A stretch of 64,000 nucleotides of DNA. Source: Planctomycetota bacterium. GTDB lineage: Bacteria > Planctomycetota > GCA-002687715 > CAIWVZ01. The stretch spans positions 1,216,001-1,280,000 of the forward strand of contig JBGANV010000001.1 in the NCBI GenBank assembly GCA_044222185.1. Direction: 5' to 3'. The notes under the pieces were generated by a model. It worked only from the letters and a program-made list of their open reading frames with translations, had not been told where the DNA came from and did no database searches. The position numbers and the translations under genes are program-made. Position 1 is the first letter of the stretch. The number at the start of each line of letters is the position of its first letter. Shown here one piece after another: positions 8,924 through 18,110 of the stretch.

Positions 8924-10240
8924 TCAGCTCCGGGATTTTCTCGCTTCCTCGAACGTCGCCGCCAGGTCCATCGCGGCCCGGACGCAACGATCGGAGTTGA
9001 AGTAGTTGTAGTTGCCGAATCGCCCGACGATGTCGAGCCCGGCGTCTTTCAGCCAGCCACGGACGTCCTTCAGCCGCGCCTCGAGCCCGTGCTCGTAGAG
9101 GATGTAGGCGTAGTGGTTGTCGTAGGTCTTCGAGAACAGCACCTCGTTCGCCGAGATGATCCCGCAGCGCTCGAGGCCCGCGATCACCTCCTGCGTGACC
9201 GACTGCGGCGTGCCAGGCATCTTGCCGATGTACGTGACCTCCGCCAGGATCGAGCTCTTCCCCTTCGGCGCGTTGTTGGGGCTGTAGTTCGAAAGGAACG
9301 TGACGCGGTTCTGCGGGCCGTTCTCCGGATGAGGGAAGTACACCCACGAGTACTTGGGCAGGCGCGCGTGATCGATCGCGAGGAACACGCTGATGAGCGA
9401 CGTGTAGCCGAGCCCGTCGAACGCGGAGCGGATTCCCTCCGGGACATCGCGCAGGGTCTTCACGAGCTCGCGCAGCGGAAGCGTGGAGACGACGCGGTCG
9501 AAGGCCTCGCCGTCGACGCTCCATCCAGTCGGCGTGCGCGCAAGCGACGTGCACAGATGACCCAGCCGCACCTTGGTCGTCGTGAGCGTCGCGCGAATCC
9601 GGTCGACGATCGTCTGGAATCCACCGTCGCGCGGGTACCAGAACACGGCCTGGTGGCCGTAGCCAGTGGTGCGAATTCCGATCGATGAGCGAAGCACGTC
9701 GTCGATGGGCGCATCGGGCACGCGTCCGCGCACCCAGTCCGTGCTCATGGTGCGCAAGTCGACGTTCCAGATCCGTTCGTTGTACGGCCACATGAAGTGC
9801 CGTGAGATGCCCTCGCCGAAGCGCCACAGACACCAGTCGTGGAAGTTCGTGGGCTCGACGGCACCGTTGCGCCGTGCGAACGCCGCCTCCACGTACCCCT
9901 TCAGGCAGTCGAAGTTGTCCTGGGGCGGAAGATCACCGAGGCCGTTCTCGAACGGGTACATGACGTAGCGGTCGCGGTAGAAGATCCGCGCGTGACGCTC
10001 GTTCTCCACCGAACCGCCCGGGCCGAGGACGTCCAGGATGAACTTCAGGACTTCCTTGTCCGTGCTGTAGATGATGTGCCCACCGGACTTGTCGGCGACG
10101 AATCCGTCGGTGGTCTCGCTGGCGCAAAGGCCGCCGACGCGCGATTCCGCCTCCAGGATGTGGACCTCGTGCCCCTTCCGTTCGAGGAAGTGGGCCACGC
10201 TCACGCCGCTGATTCCGCCACCGAGGACTGCAACCTTCAC
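8924..10240 (-). CDS. FAD-dependent oxidoreductase (protoporphyrinogen oxidase/UDP-galactopyranose mutase-like)
   Basis: 'KVAVLGGGISG', 'RVGGLCAS', 'GGHI', 'FWYPRDGG', 'VGRFGNYNYFNSD'. GTG start overlaps the upstream TGA. Confidence 0.85.
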   Translation of the reverse strand: MKVAVLGGGISGVSVAHFLERKGHEVHILEAESRVGGLCASETTDGFVADKSGGHIIYSTDKEVLKFILDVLGPGGSVENERHARIFYRDRYVMYPFENGLGDLPPQDNFDCLKGYVEAAFARRNGAVEPTNFHDWCLWRFGEGISRHFMWPYNERIWNVDLRTMSTDWVRGRVPDAPIDDVLRSSIGIRTTGYGHQAVFWYPRDGGFQTIVDRIRATLTTTKVRLGHLCTSLARTPTGWSVDGEAFDRVVSTLPLRELVKTLRDVPEGIRSAFDGLGYTSLISVFLAIDHARLPKYSWVYFPHPENGPQNRVTFLSNYSPNNAPKGKSSILAEVTYIGKMPGTPQSVTQEVIAGLERCGIISANEVLFSKTYDNHYAYILYEHGLEARLKDVRGWLKDAGLDIVGRFGNYNYFNSDRCVRAAMDLAATFEEARKSRS

Positions 10241-10962
10241 CGGGCTCTCTCCCCTCGTCGGATACCCTGGCCCGACGCCCATTCGAGCAGTCGCGCGACG
10301 GTCAGTCCGCGGAAGTCCGCCACGCTTGCGATCACACCACTCATGTCCTGCTCCGGTCCGGTTCGTCCCCGCACCCCCACCACCGCGAATCCCGCAGCCC
10401 GCGCGGCGAGGATGCCCCGCGGCGAGTCTTCGAACGCGAGGGGCACGCTGCGGCGAGGTTCCGCCTCCCCGAGCCGCTCGCGGGCCAGCCGATAGACCGC
10501 CGGATCCGGCTTCGCGCGCGGCACTTCGTCCCCGCCGGCGACGGCCTGCACGAACGGCTGCAAGCCCGTGACCTCCAGCGTCCTGTCGACGATGCGACGC
10601 GGCGACGACGATGCCACTCCCACGGGGACATCGGCGTTCCGCAAAGTCGAGATGAACTCGAAGATCCCGGGTGTGACGGCCGGTTTACCCGGAGAGATCA
10701 GGGTCTCGAACGCGGCCACGCGCGCGGCACCCAACGCCTCGATCGGCGAGGCGATCCGAAAGCGCTCCCGGAGCAAGGCCCAGTACTCCGCGTCCGAAAG
10801 CCCGAGGTACTGGTGGTTGTCCTCGGTGGTCAGGCCGGCACCGAATCCCGCCAGCACACGATTCGTAGCCACGAGGTGTAGCGGTTCCGAATCGACGAGC
10901 GTTCCGTCCAGGTCGAAGATGACCGGGCCCAGTTCTTCAAATTCGGGGGCGCGGGAAGGCAT
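10237..10962 (-). CDS. HAD-family phosphatase (beta-phosphoglucomutase-like)
   Basis: 'VIFDLDGTLVDSE', 'ASSS', 'KPDPAVY', 'FEDSPRGI'. Confidence 0.9.
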   Translation of the reverse strand: MPSRAPEFEELGPVIFDLDGTLVDSEPLHLVATNRVLAGFGAGLTTEDNHQYLGLSDAEYWALLRERFRIASPIEALGAARVAAFETLISPGKPAVTPGIFEFISTLRNADVPVGVASSSPRRIVDRTLEVTGLQPFVQAVAGGDEVPRAKPDPAVYRLARERLGEAEPRRSVPLAFEDSPRGILAARAAGFAVVGVRGRTGPEQDMSGVIASVADFRGLTVARLLEWASGQGIRRGERAR

Positions 10963-11082
10963 GATGGTTGCGGAGCCGAAGAAACGAAGGACAGTTTCTG
11001 ACCCCGCGTCGCCTCGAGATGGGCCGGATCGTAACCCGCCCCTTCACGAGCCCGAAGGCGTGGAACCGAACGGAGTTCTCGC

Positions 11083-12126
11083 GTGAACGTCGCAACAAGG
11101 ACCAGCGTGGCGTCGGCCGTCCTCGCCGTCGTGATCAGCCTCACCGCGACCGGACCTGGCCCGGCGCAGAGTGCCGCAAAGGACACGCGGACGCTCACCA
11201 CGGAAGGTGTGACCTTCAAGCTCCCCTCGGGCTGGACGTGGCAGGCCGACGCAGCGTCCAACATCGCGATCAAGAAGGAGGTCCGTGTCGGCGACGAAAC
11301 GTACACGGTCACGGGGGAGCTGCTCTACGAGGCCGAGGCCTACCTCGAGCAGACGATCACGGGGCTCGAACAGAAGGTGAAGGAATCCAAGGGCGACCTC
11401 CGCGACCTGAAGGTCGACCGGTCTCAGAAGTTCGGGGACAACCCGGCCGTGCTCGTGAGCTTCACGCGCGTTCGCGGCGAGGACGGGAAGAACATCAGCG
11501 AGGAGCGGCAGTGGCTGTTCCGCCGTCAGAACGCGCTGTATCGCTGGGTGGAAGAGTACAACCGTCTCGTGGCCTCGACGGCCCTGGGCGCGCTGGCGTC
11601 AGCGCGCAGCGGCGTCACGTTCAAGGGCCAGGACGTCGCCCGCAAGGACACCGCTCGCAACTATCCAGAAGCGGGGGTGAAGTTCACGCTCCCGGCGGAC
11701 TTCGAATGGGTCGGTGAATCGAAGCCGCTCCCGACGGACGACAAGTCGAACGCGCTGCTATTCGTCGCGCGCACGGTCGTCACCGTCAAGGCCGGGCAGT
11801 CCTACGTGTTCTGCCAACTGGCCGCGCAAAAATACCCGGGAACGCTCGACCAGGTGATCGAGGGGAACAAGCAGCACTTCACCGAGGGGTTCTCGGAGGT
11901 GAAGGACTTCGTGATCGAGACGAAGCAGACGTTCAAGGACGAGAAGGCCGCGATGGTGCGGTTCTCCGGCCTCGGCGAGAAATCCAAGGAACGCACGACG
12001 ATTTCGCGCTGGTTCATGAAGCACAAAGGGTGGCTGCTGACGTGGATCGAACAGTCCCCACCGCAAACGAGCCCGTCGATGGAGGCCGCGCTGAAGAAGG
12101 CTCGCAGCGGTCTCAGTTGGATGTGA
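11083..12126 (+). CDS. Secreted hypothetical protein with two tandem PsbP/DcrB-like domains
   Basis: Signal peptide; internal duplication 'EGVTFKLPSGWTW' / 'AGVKFTLPADFEW'; strong coding codon bias. Confidence 0.7.
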   Translation: MNVATRTSVASAVLAVVISLTATGPGPAQSAAKDTRTLTTEGVTFKLPSGWTWQADAASNIAIKKEVRVGDETYTVTGELLYEAEAYLEQTITGLEQKVKESKGDLRDLKVDRSQKFGDNPAVLVSFTRVRGEDGKNISEERQWLFRRQNALYRWVEEYNRLVASTALGALASARSGVTFKGQDVARKDTARNYPEAGVKFTLPADFEWVGESKPLPTDDKSNALLFVARTVVTVKAGQSYVFCQLAAQKYPGTLDQVIEGNKQHFTEGFSEVKDFVIETKQTFKDEKAAMVRFSGLGEKSKERTTISRWFMKHKGWLLTWIEQSPPQTSPSMEAALKKARSGLSWM

Positions 12127-12138
12127 CGCGGGGCTCGC

Positions 12139-13062
12139 TCACCGGATGCGCCGCAGGCGCTCGGACCATCCCGAGCCGGTGCCGGCAAGGGCTTCGAGCT
12201 CGCGGAGGAAACGGCTCCCGTCGACGGCGTAGCCGGCAGTCGACGCAAGCCCTCGATATCGCTCCGTGAAGGTGCGATTGAAGCCCTCCATGAGCAACTC
12301 GCGGACGTATTTCGCGATGCAACTCGACCAGGCGATCAGCGGCGCCCGGCTCTCCCCTCCCACGAGGAACTCGAAGGTCACTGCGGGCCGCCCGGCCGGC
12401 GCGACGCGGTAGCGGCTTTCGGTGCGATCACGCCGTTCAGTCGCGGTCGGCATGAAGGGAAAGAAGCTGCTCACGAATTCCAAATAGTCGGTGCGCCCGC
12501 CGAGTCGATCACAACGCACCGCGCCGCCGACCGCCTCCTGTCCCATGAGGTCCTCGATGACGCTCCCCACGGTCTCCAGGTGAACCGCGGCCTTGTTGGG
12601 AACGAGCTGGAGACGCCGGTTGTATTCACGTTCGAGGAGGACTCGGAGCGAGGAACGCCAGCTCGCGCCCGTGGACGCTTGCACGTCCGTGGCGCGTGCC
12701 CACAAGTCGGAGAGTTCGCAGGGATCCGACCACCTGGGAACGGGGTCGTCCCAATGGCCGTACCAGGGGTGATCCGTCGCGGCGGCGACACTGCCGCCGC
12801 AGACGTCCCGCACCGAGGTCGGCAGACGACCGCGGGCCAAGCCGATCCCGATCAGGGCCGTTCGCTCGAGGCGCGCGTGCGCGTGCTTTCCCTGAAACAC
12901 ACGCTTGCTGTCGTCGATCACGAGGCCGGCCCGGCGCAAGGGACCAATCGTCGACTCGAGGGCGAGGCCATCTCCATCGACCCGAAGACCGGCTACGACG
13001 AGTGGCCCGAGAATCGGGCCATATCCAGCTTCGTCGACCCCCGCCTCGAAGACCGGATTCAT
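12139..13062 (-). CDS. rnhB: Ribonuclease HII-like protein
   Basis: 'AGVDEAGYGPILGPLVV', 'DDSK', 'CDRLGGR', 'SCIAKYVRE', 'AGY'. Confidence 0.75.
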   Translation of the reverse strand: MNPVFEAGVDEAGYGPILGPLVVAGLRVDGDGLALESTIGPLRRAGLVIDDSKRVFQGKHAHARLERTALIGIGLARGRLPTSVRDVCGGSVAAATDHPWYGHWDDPVPRWSDPCELSDLWARATDVQASTGASWRSSLRVLLEREYNRRLQLVPNKAAVHLETVGSVIEDLMGQEAVGGAVRCDRLGGRTDYLEFVSSFFPFMPTATERRDRTESRYRVAPAGRPAVTFEFLVGGESRAPLIAWSSCIAKYVRELLMEGFNRTFTERYRGLASTAGYAVDGSRFLRELEALAGTGSGWSERLRRIR

Positions 13063-13107
13063 GTTTTCCCCGCGAGCTTGCCGAAATGGAGTTGGGGCAT
13101 CCCACCT

Positions 13108-13485
13108 GTGCTCGAAGCGTTCATCTCGATTCGCGACCCACTCCTGCGTGACGTACTGCGGACCGCGCTCCGGTCGGCGAGGAGTTTCCGTCCGTCCATC
13201 GTTCCGCGCAACGACCTGGCCGGCCTCCTGGCGGATTCCCGCCACGTCGATCTCGTGATCATCGACATCGACGTGAAGAGCGGTTCGGACGAGGAATTCC
13301 TCGCTGAACTGGTCACCGCCCGCTCGTCGGTAGGAATCGTGGTCGTCGCCACTGGGGCCGAGCGCGCGCACGTCAACCGTCTCAAGCTCGGGCATGACGT
13401 CCTGACCGTGGTTCCCACGCCGATCGACGCCTTCGACCTTGCGAGGCGATTGCGACGGGTCGCCCAGTCCCTGGTTCGTCGATGA
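13108..13485 (+). CDS. Stand-alone atypical receiver-domain protein
   Basis: REC-like pattern 'RDPLLRDVLRTAL...VDLVIIDID...IVVVA...PTPIDAFDLARRL'. GTG start. Confidence 0.55.
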   Translation: MLEAFISIRDPLLRDVLRTALRSARSFRPSIVPRNDLAGLLADSRHVDLVIIDIDVKSGSDEEFLAELVTARSSVGIVVVATGAERAHVNRLKLGHDVLTVVPTPIDAFDLARRLRRVAQSLVRR

Positions 13486-13528
13486 TTCCCCCCATCCCCG
13501 ACCGAAAAAGTCTCCCGATTTGCGGCGC

Positions 13529-13557
13529 TTGATCGCCCGCGGGTCGATAGTCAGAAT
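13529..13557 (+). promoter_or_regulatory. sigma70 promoter of the tRNA
   Basis: TTGATC-17 nt-CAGAAT followed by a GC-rich discriminator (GCGCCCC). Confidence 0.6.
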
Positions 13558-13570
13558 GCGCCCCTCGTTC

Positions 13571-13642
13571 GCCGACGTAGCTCAGCGGTAGAGCAGCGGT
13601 TTCGTAAACCGCAGGTCACGAGTTCAAATCTCGTCGTCGGCT
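13571..13642 (+). tRNA. tRNA-Thr(CGT), CCA not encoded
   Basis: Acceptor stem GCCGACG/CGTCGGC, D arm TAGCTCAGCGGTAGAGC, anticodon arm GCGGT-TTCGTAA-ACCGC, T loop GTTCAAATC. Confidence 0.97.
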
Positions 13643-13987
13643 CTCGGTGCTTCTCTTTGGCGGCGCGCAGGCCTGCGCCAGCGCTCGATCCGGTTTGACC
13701 TCGACGTCTTGCGTCATCCATGTCCCGGCTGATCGAACCGCCCGCCGCCGCAACCACGCGAACCTCCCCAGCGGCCTCCCGGTCGCACGGTGCATGAGGC
13801 CATCGCCACGCGGCGAATGCAGCGTGCGCCGGACCGGCCAACCGGCATCCCTGACCGGCGAGACCGGACCGTCGCACGGACGCCTCGACCTGTACGATCC
13901 TCGGCCGCGGACGGTTGTGATTCCGGTGGACCCGGTTCACCCGCCTGAACCACCTTGGGCATCCGCGGCCACGTCAATGTGAAGTCC

Positions 13988-16123
13988 ATGACGACTCCCC
14001 CCAGGATCGCCTCACGCCCGTTTGCCCCGTCGCCCGTCGAGATGGAAGGCCTCCGCCGGCTGGCGAGGCGCCTCGTCGACGACGACAACGACGCCGACGA
14101 CATCGTCCAGGAGTCGTTCCTCCTCGGACTTCGGCGCCGAAGCGCCACGGTTCTCAACCTGGGGGCCTGGCTGCGAGGCGTCGTTCGCAACAAAGCCCGC
14201 GAGTCACGGCGCGCAGCCCAGCGCCGTTTGGCGTCAGAACTGGCAGCTTCGCAAGGACCAAATCCAATGACTCCTCTGGACATCGCCGCACGGATGGACG
14301 TCCACGCCCGGCTTCTCGCCGCGATCGGCGCGCTGGCCGAGCCCTATCGGAGCTCCGTGTGGCTCCACTATGTCGAGGGCCGAACACCTGCTGAAATCGC
14401 CCAATCGTCAGGCAGGCCCGTCGAGACCGTACGAACGCAGATCAAGCGTGGAATCGCTCAGCTCCGTGACGCGCTCGACGCCGATCACGGCGGCGATCGC
14501 CAGGCGTGGGCCCTCTCGCTCGCGGCCTTCGCAGCGGCTGGGCCATCAGCCACGGCCCCAACGACTGCGGCGGCCGTGGGCATCGGAATGGGGCAGGTGC
14601 TGCTGGCAGCTTCCGTAGTGCTCGCCTTGACGCTCTCCGTACCGGGATCTCGGTGGATCGCGTCACCCACACCAGACCCCGCTCCCGCATCGATGCCGGG
14701 CGGCGACCCCGTCGCGCGCTCGGTCCCGGCGACGACTTCTGGCGCTTCAACTCCTGTGCCCGCGTCTTCGGACCGGGCCGCCCGCCAACGCATGGAACCG
14801 ATCCCGTGGAGCGAACCCTCGGCGGATTCGCGATCGAACCTCGAGATCGTCGAAGGTGAGTTCTCGTTCCATTACCAGCAGGGGTACTCGTTCGAGACTC
14901 AGTCGGTGGTGAACGACCTCGCGGATGCCGACCTCACGTTCGAATCCTGTGCCGGCGGAATCGCAAGCGTCACACTCAAGGCACCAGGAGGCACGATCAC
15001 GAACCTCGAGCGCCTCGGAACGCGCATTCCGAGCGTGAAGCGCGCAGCCGCACTGGCACGTGCGGTCGTTCGAGCCGAGACGAGCGCGTTTGGAGATCGG
15101 GAACAGGCCGGCGGCAACGACCGTAGTCCAAGCTCCGATGCGTTCCTCCTCAAGACTCGTCACGGGCAATGGGCCAGTCTTGCGATCGCATCACGCGCTG
15201 AAACCGGCGGGTGGACCACGAAACCCATCTCGATCCACTACGTCATGAGTCGCTCGACCGCCGTGTTTCGTGACGGAACCGGCGACCTCACGGTCGACGG
15301 CGTCGAGATCGACACTGGCGTTCTCACTCGGCTCGACCGGGAGATCCAGGACGCCGAGGAGCGCGCGCTCGCCCTACGGAGCGAGCCGATTCTGCTCCGC
15401 CTGCGTGAGTTGGACCGGTTCGCCGCACGTCTCCAACCGGAGATCGCGGCACGAGACGGCGCGGACGTTCGGGTCGCGGCGGTTCTCGATCGGGAGTTTG
15501 CCGCCCCTCTGGGGAACCGGGCGGCCTACATCGCGGCGACCTACAGCTTCGAGCACGGGACCCGCGACGACGAGGGCGCGACGCACAATGACTGGGACTT
15601 CGTGCTCCAACGCGAGATCACGGTCTGCACCGTCACCGATGACCACAGCGAGATCTGGGACCTGGGCGAGCTGAGTTACGCCGACGGACGCTCGGGCAAG
15701 GTGGCGCCCGCGCACGGGACCAGGACCCATTCCCCGATTCGCGGCCATCTTCTTGCGATCCACACCCTGGACGACGACTCGGATCTGTGGACGCTCCTGC
15801 GCGTCGAGGCCACCGTCCCCGGGGAATCGATGGTGTTCTCATATTCCGTCCTTCGGGACCCGTCCGCACTCTTGCGCTCCCTGTACGTCGCGGACGATGC
15901 ACTTCAAACACCCGAGGTGCGGATGCAGATCCGCGGTGGAGCCGGCGGCGGAAACCCCCACGTCGCCGCCCTCGACAGATCGACGAATGGCTACATCAGC
16001 TCTCTCGAATCGTCGCCCATGGAGGTCGACGGCGCCATCGACACCAGCGAGCGCCACAGGGCATTCGTCTCGGGCGGGCTCGTGCCGCTGGGGAAGGTGT
16101 TCATCATCGAGCGCGTGGAGTAA
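13988..16123 (+). CDS. ECF sigma factor fused to a TM helix and a large extracytoplasmic region
   Basis: sigma2 'DADDIVQESFL..AWLRGVVRN', sigma4 'LHYVEGRTPAEIA..VETVRTQIKRG', hydrophobic TM, then a long C-terminal region. Confidence 0.85.
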   Translation: MTTPPRIASRPFAPSPVEMEGLRRLARRLVDDDNDADDIVQESFLLGLRRRSATVLNLGAWLRGVVRNKARESRRAAQRRLASELAASQGPNPMTPLDIAARMDVHARLLAAIGALAEPYRSSVWLHYVEGRTPAEIAQSSGRPVETVRTQIKRGIAQLRDALDADHGGDRQAWALSLAAFAAAGPSATAPTTAAAVGIGMGQVLLAASVVLALTLSVPGSRWIASPTPDPAPASMPGGDPVARSVPATTSGASTPVPASSDRAARQRMEPIPWSEPSADSRSNLEIVEGEFSFHYQQGYSFETQSVVNDLADADLTFESCAGGIASVTLKAPGGTITNLERLGTRIPSVKRAAALARAVVRAETSAFGDREQAGGNDRSPSSDAFLLKTRHGQWASLAIASRAETGGWTTKPISIHYVMSRSTAVFRDGTGDLTVDGVEIDTGVLTRLDREIQDAEERALALRSEPILLRLRELDRFAARLQPEIAARDGADVRVAAVLDREFAAPLGNRAAYIAATYSFEHGTRDDEGATHNDWDFVLQREITVCTVTDDHSEIWDLGELSYADGRSGKVAPAHGTRTHSPIRGHLLAIHTLDDDSDLWTLLRVEATVPGESMVFSYSVLRDPSALLRSLYVADDALQTPEVRMQIRGGAGGGNPHVAALDRSTNGYISSLESSPMEVDGAIDTSERHRAFVSGGLVPLGKVFIIERVE

Positions 16124-16630
16124 CGCGCGAACGTGACGGGCGACTCGAACGGACACGGGGAGTTCAAGCTCGTCGTCGGGTTCTGCCCGATCGCACACAT
16201 CGCGGAAGCGTTGGACCCGACGACGCACGAGAAGACGTTGCGCTGGTTCTCCCTCGATCGCGGAAGTTCGAGCCTCGCGCCCAAGACCTCGGTTCGCGCC
16301 GAGATGACCGTCAACATCCCGATCCGTCGTGGCGACGAACCGAAGGTCTTCGTCGAGATCGCGAACTCGAGCTGGGCGGACGTCACGTTGAGCGGGCGGT
16401 TCGCTCCCGACGTCGCGAAACCGACGTCGACCACACAGCTGAAGTCCGGGCGGCAAGTGCTCAAACTCCTCGAGACCTTCCGCAATCGACACGAGGGCGA
16501 AACGCAGCCGACGCGCTCGCGAGTCCTCGACCCGAGTTGGACCGGCTCGCTGCGCCCGATCGTCGAAGCCATGCCCGAGGGTCCCTTCCGCACCGAACTG
16601 AGGTCCGCGCTGTCGTCGGACTCCCGCTGA
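16124..16630 (+). pseudogene. In-frame continuation of the ECF fusion protein beyond a single TAA
   Basis: Same frame as 13988..16123: ...GTG GAG TAA CGC GCG AAC GTG... No SD for an independent start. Confidence 0.6.
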
Positions 16631-16736
16631 GGGCTCCGGACGGCACCGCCCGCGGCGGCGCATGCCGTCCTCGCGGAACGTCCAGAACGTCCCGTCGATC
16701 GCTCGGGTTGATTCCCGCATAGGATGTCCGACGAAC

Positions 16737-17914
16737 ATGGTCCGCCGTCGCCACATCCTCGTGACTCTCCTGCTGGGCGTTGGCGCATCGCTCGTATTCA
16801 TCGTTTCGCGCTCCAGCACATCCATGGACGTGCGGTTTCCCCCGCTCGAGGCACTCCGTACACCGTGGCCAACGGGCTACGGCGAGCTGTGCGAACCGCA
16901 CCACGTCACGCGCGTCGACGGGCGGCCATGGTCGTGGCCTGCGCCCGCGGCGTTCGACGCGGCACGCGACGCCGTTCGGAGCGCCGGCCCGATTCCCATG
17001 CTGACGGGCGTCATGGACGTGCCGACCGAGGAGCGCGACCCCCGTTGCCCGTCGCCGCCTCGTTCACGTGCGCGGCGCTCGCCACCGGCCCCACACGACC
17101 AATCGTTCGGATCGAAGCGATCCAGCTCGCAGCCGACGATCCCCGAGCGCAACCCATTCGCGACGACCTCGTCGGCAGGGCGGCGGCAACCGACGTCAAC
17201 GACCCGCACGGCGTCGTGTCATTCACGCTCCAATGGCGATGGCAGAGCACAGGGGGATCCGTCGTGGCGCGCGCGCTGCATGTCGAACCCGCGCCCCGCG
17301 GAGGTCTGACCCACGAGGTCGTCGCTCTCCGCGGATACGTCGATGCGATTCTCGCGGACAGTCCGGGCGATCCGGTGATCCCCGTGGGGCACTGCTCGAC
17401 GGACGATCGACCGGAGGAAGTCGCGAACGCGGAACTGAGGCGCGCATTCGACGAGGCCGCCACCGGCCGCTTCGTCCGCCTCCGGCTGCGTGTGCACGGA
17501 GGCCTGCCCAGAGTGGCCTATGGCACTCACAGGCCGCCCCCGATCGTTGCAGTGGGCCTCCCCGACACGCCGATCGCCATCGAAGCCTTCTACGCCGGGC
17601 TGTGCTGCGCTCGCGCTGGCGACGACTACGACGCGCCGCTCATCCCCGACGACCCGCTCGGTGTGCAGATCGTCGAGGCTGGACTCGCAGACGTGTTAGC
17701 GCCGTGGCTGCGCCGCATGGCGGAGGATCCGGCCGTCGACCCGTTCAACCGTCTCCGCATGGCGCGAATCCTGGCGTCCGTTCTCGGCCACGGTCGCGGC
17801 GAGCCGCGCCTGTCGATTCGATCGACATGGACGCGCGATTCCGCGCTCGTGCTGCAGCAGATCGAGACTCTCGATCTTTGCCAGGCCGCTCGGTGGTGGT
17901 TCGGGTTCCGCTGA
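16737..17914 (+). pseudogene. Membrane-anchored hypothetical protein, frameshifted near 17039-17043
   Basis: N-terminus MVRRRHILVTLLLGVGASLVFIV lies in one frame and the protein-like C-terminus in another. The switch is near a C5 run (GACCCCCG). Confidence 0.5.
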
Positions 17915-18110
17915 GCGGCCTCGGGTCCTCGCCGACGCCGATCGCGGCTGCGATGCTCGCGAACTCGAATCAACCCGAAGACCCGATCGCACCCTCGAAC
18001 CGACCTCGCCACCGACGACACGCGCGCCGACGTGTGCGAGAGCTGCGTGACGGGTCCACGCGACGAGTTCGCCCAGGAAAGCGGCTCGGCCTCGGTGTAA
18101 CTTCGCCGCC

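Noticed and set aside
16121-16123. Programmed recoding (Sec/Pyl) at the ECF internal stop
   Set aside because: Codon is TAA, not TGA or TAG; no SECIS-like context; mutation or error is more likely.
13643-18110. Integrated mobile element at tRNA-Thr
   Set aside because: No integrase, transposase or duplicated tRNA 3' end seen; kept only as a possible decaying islet.
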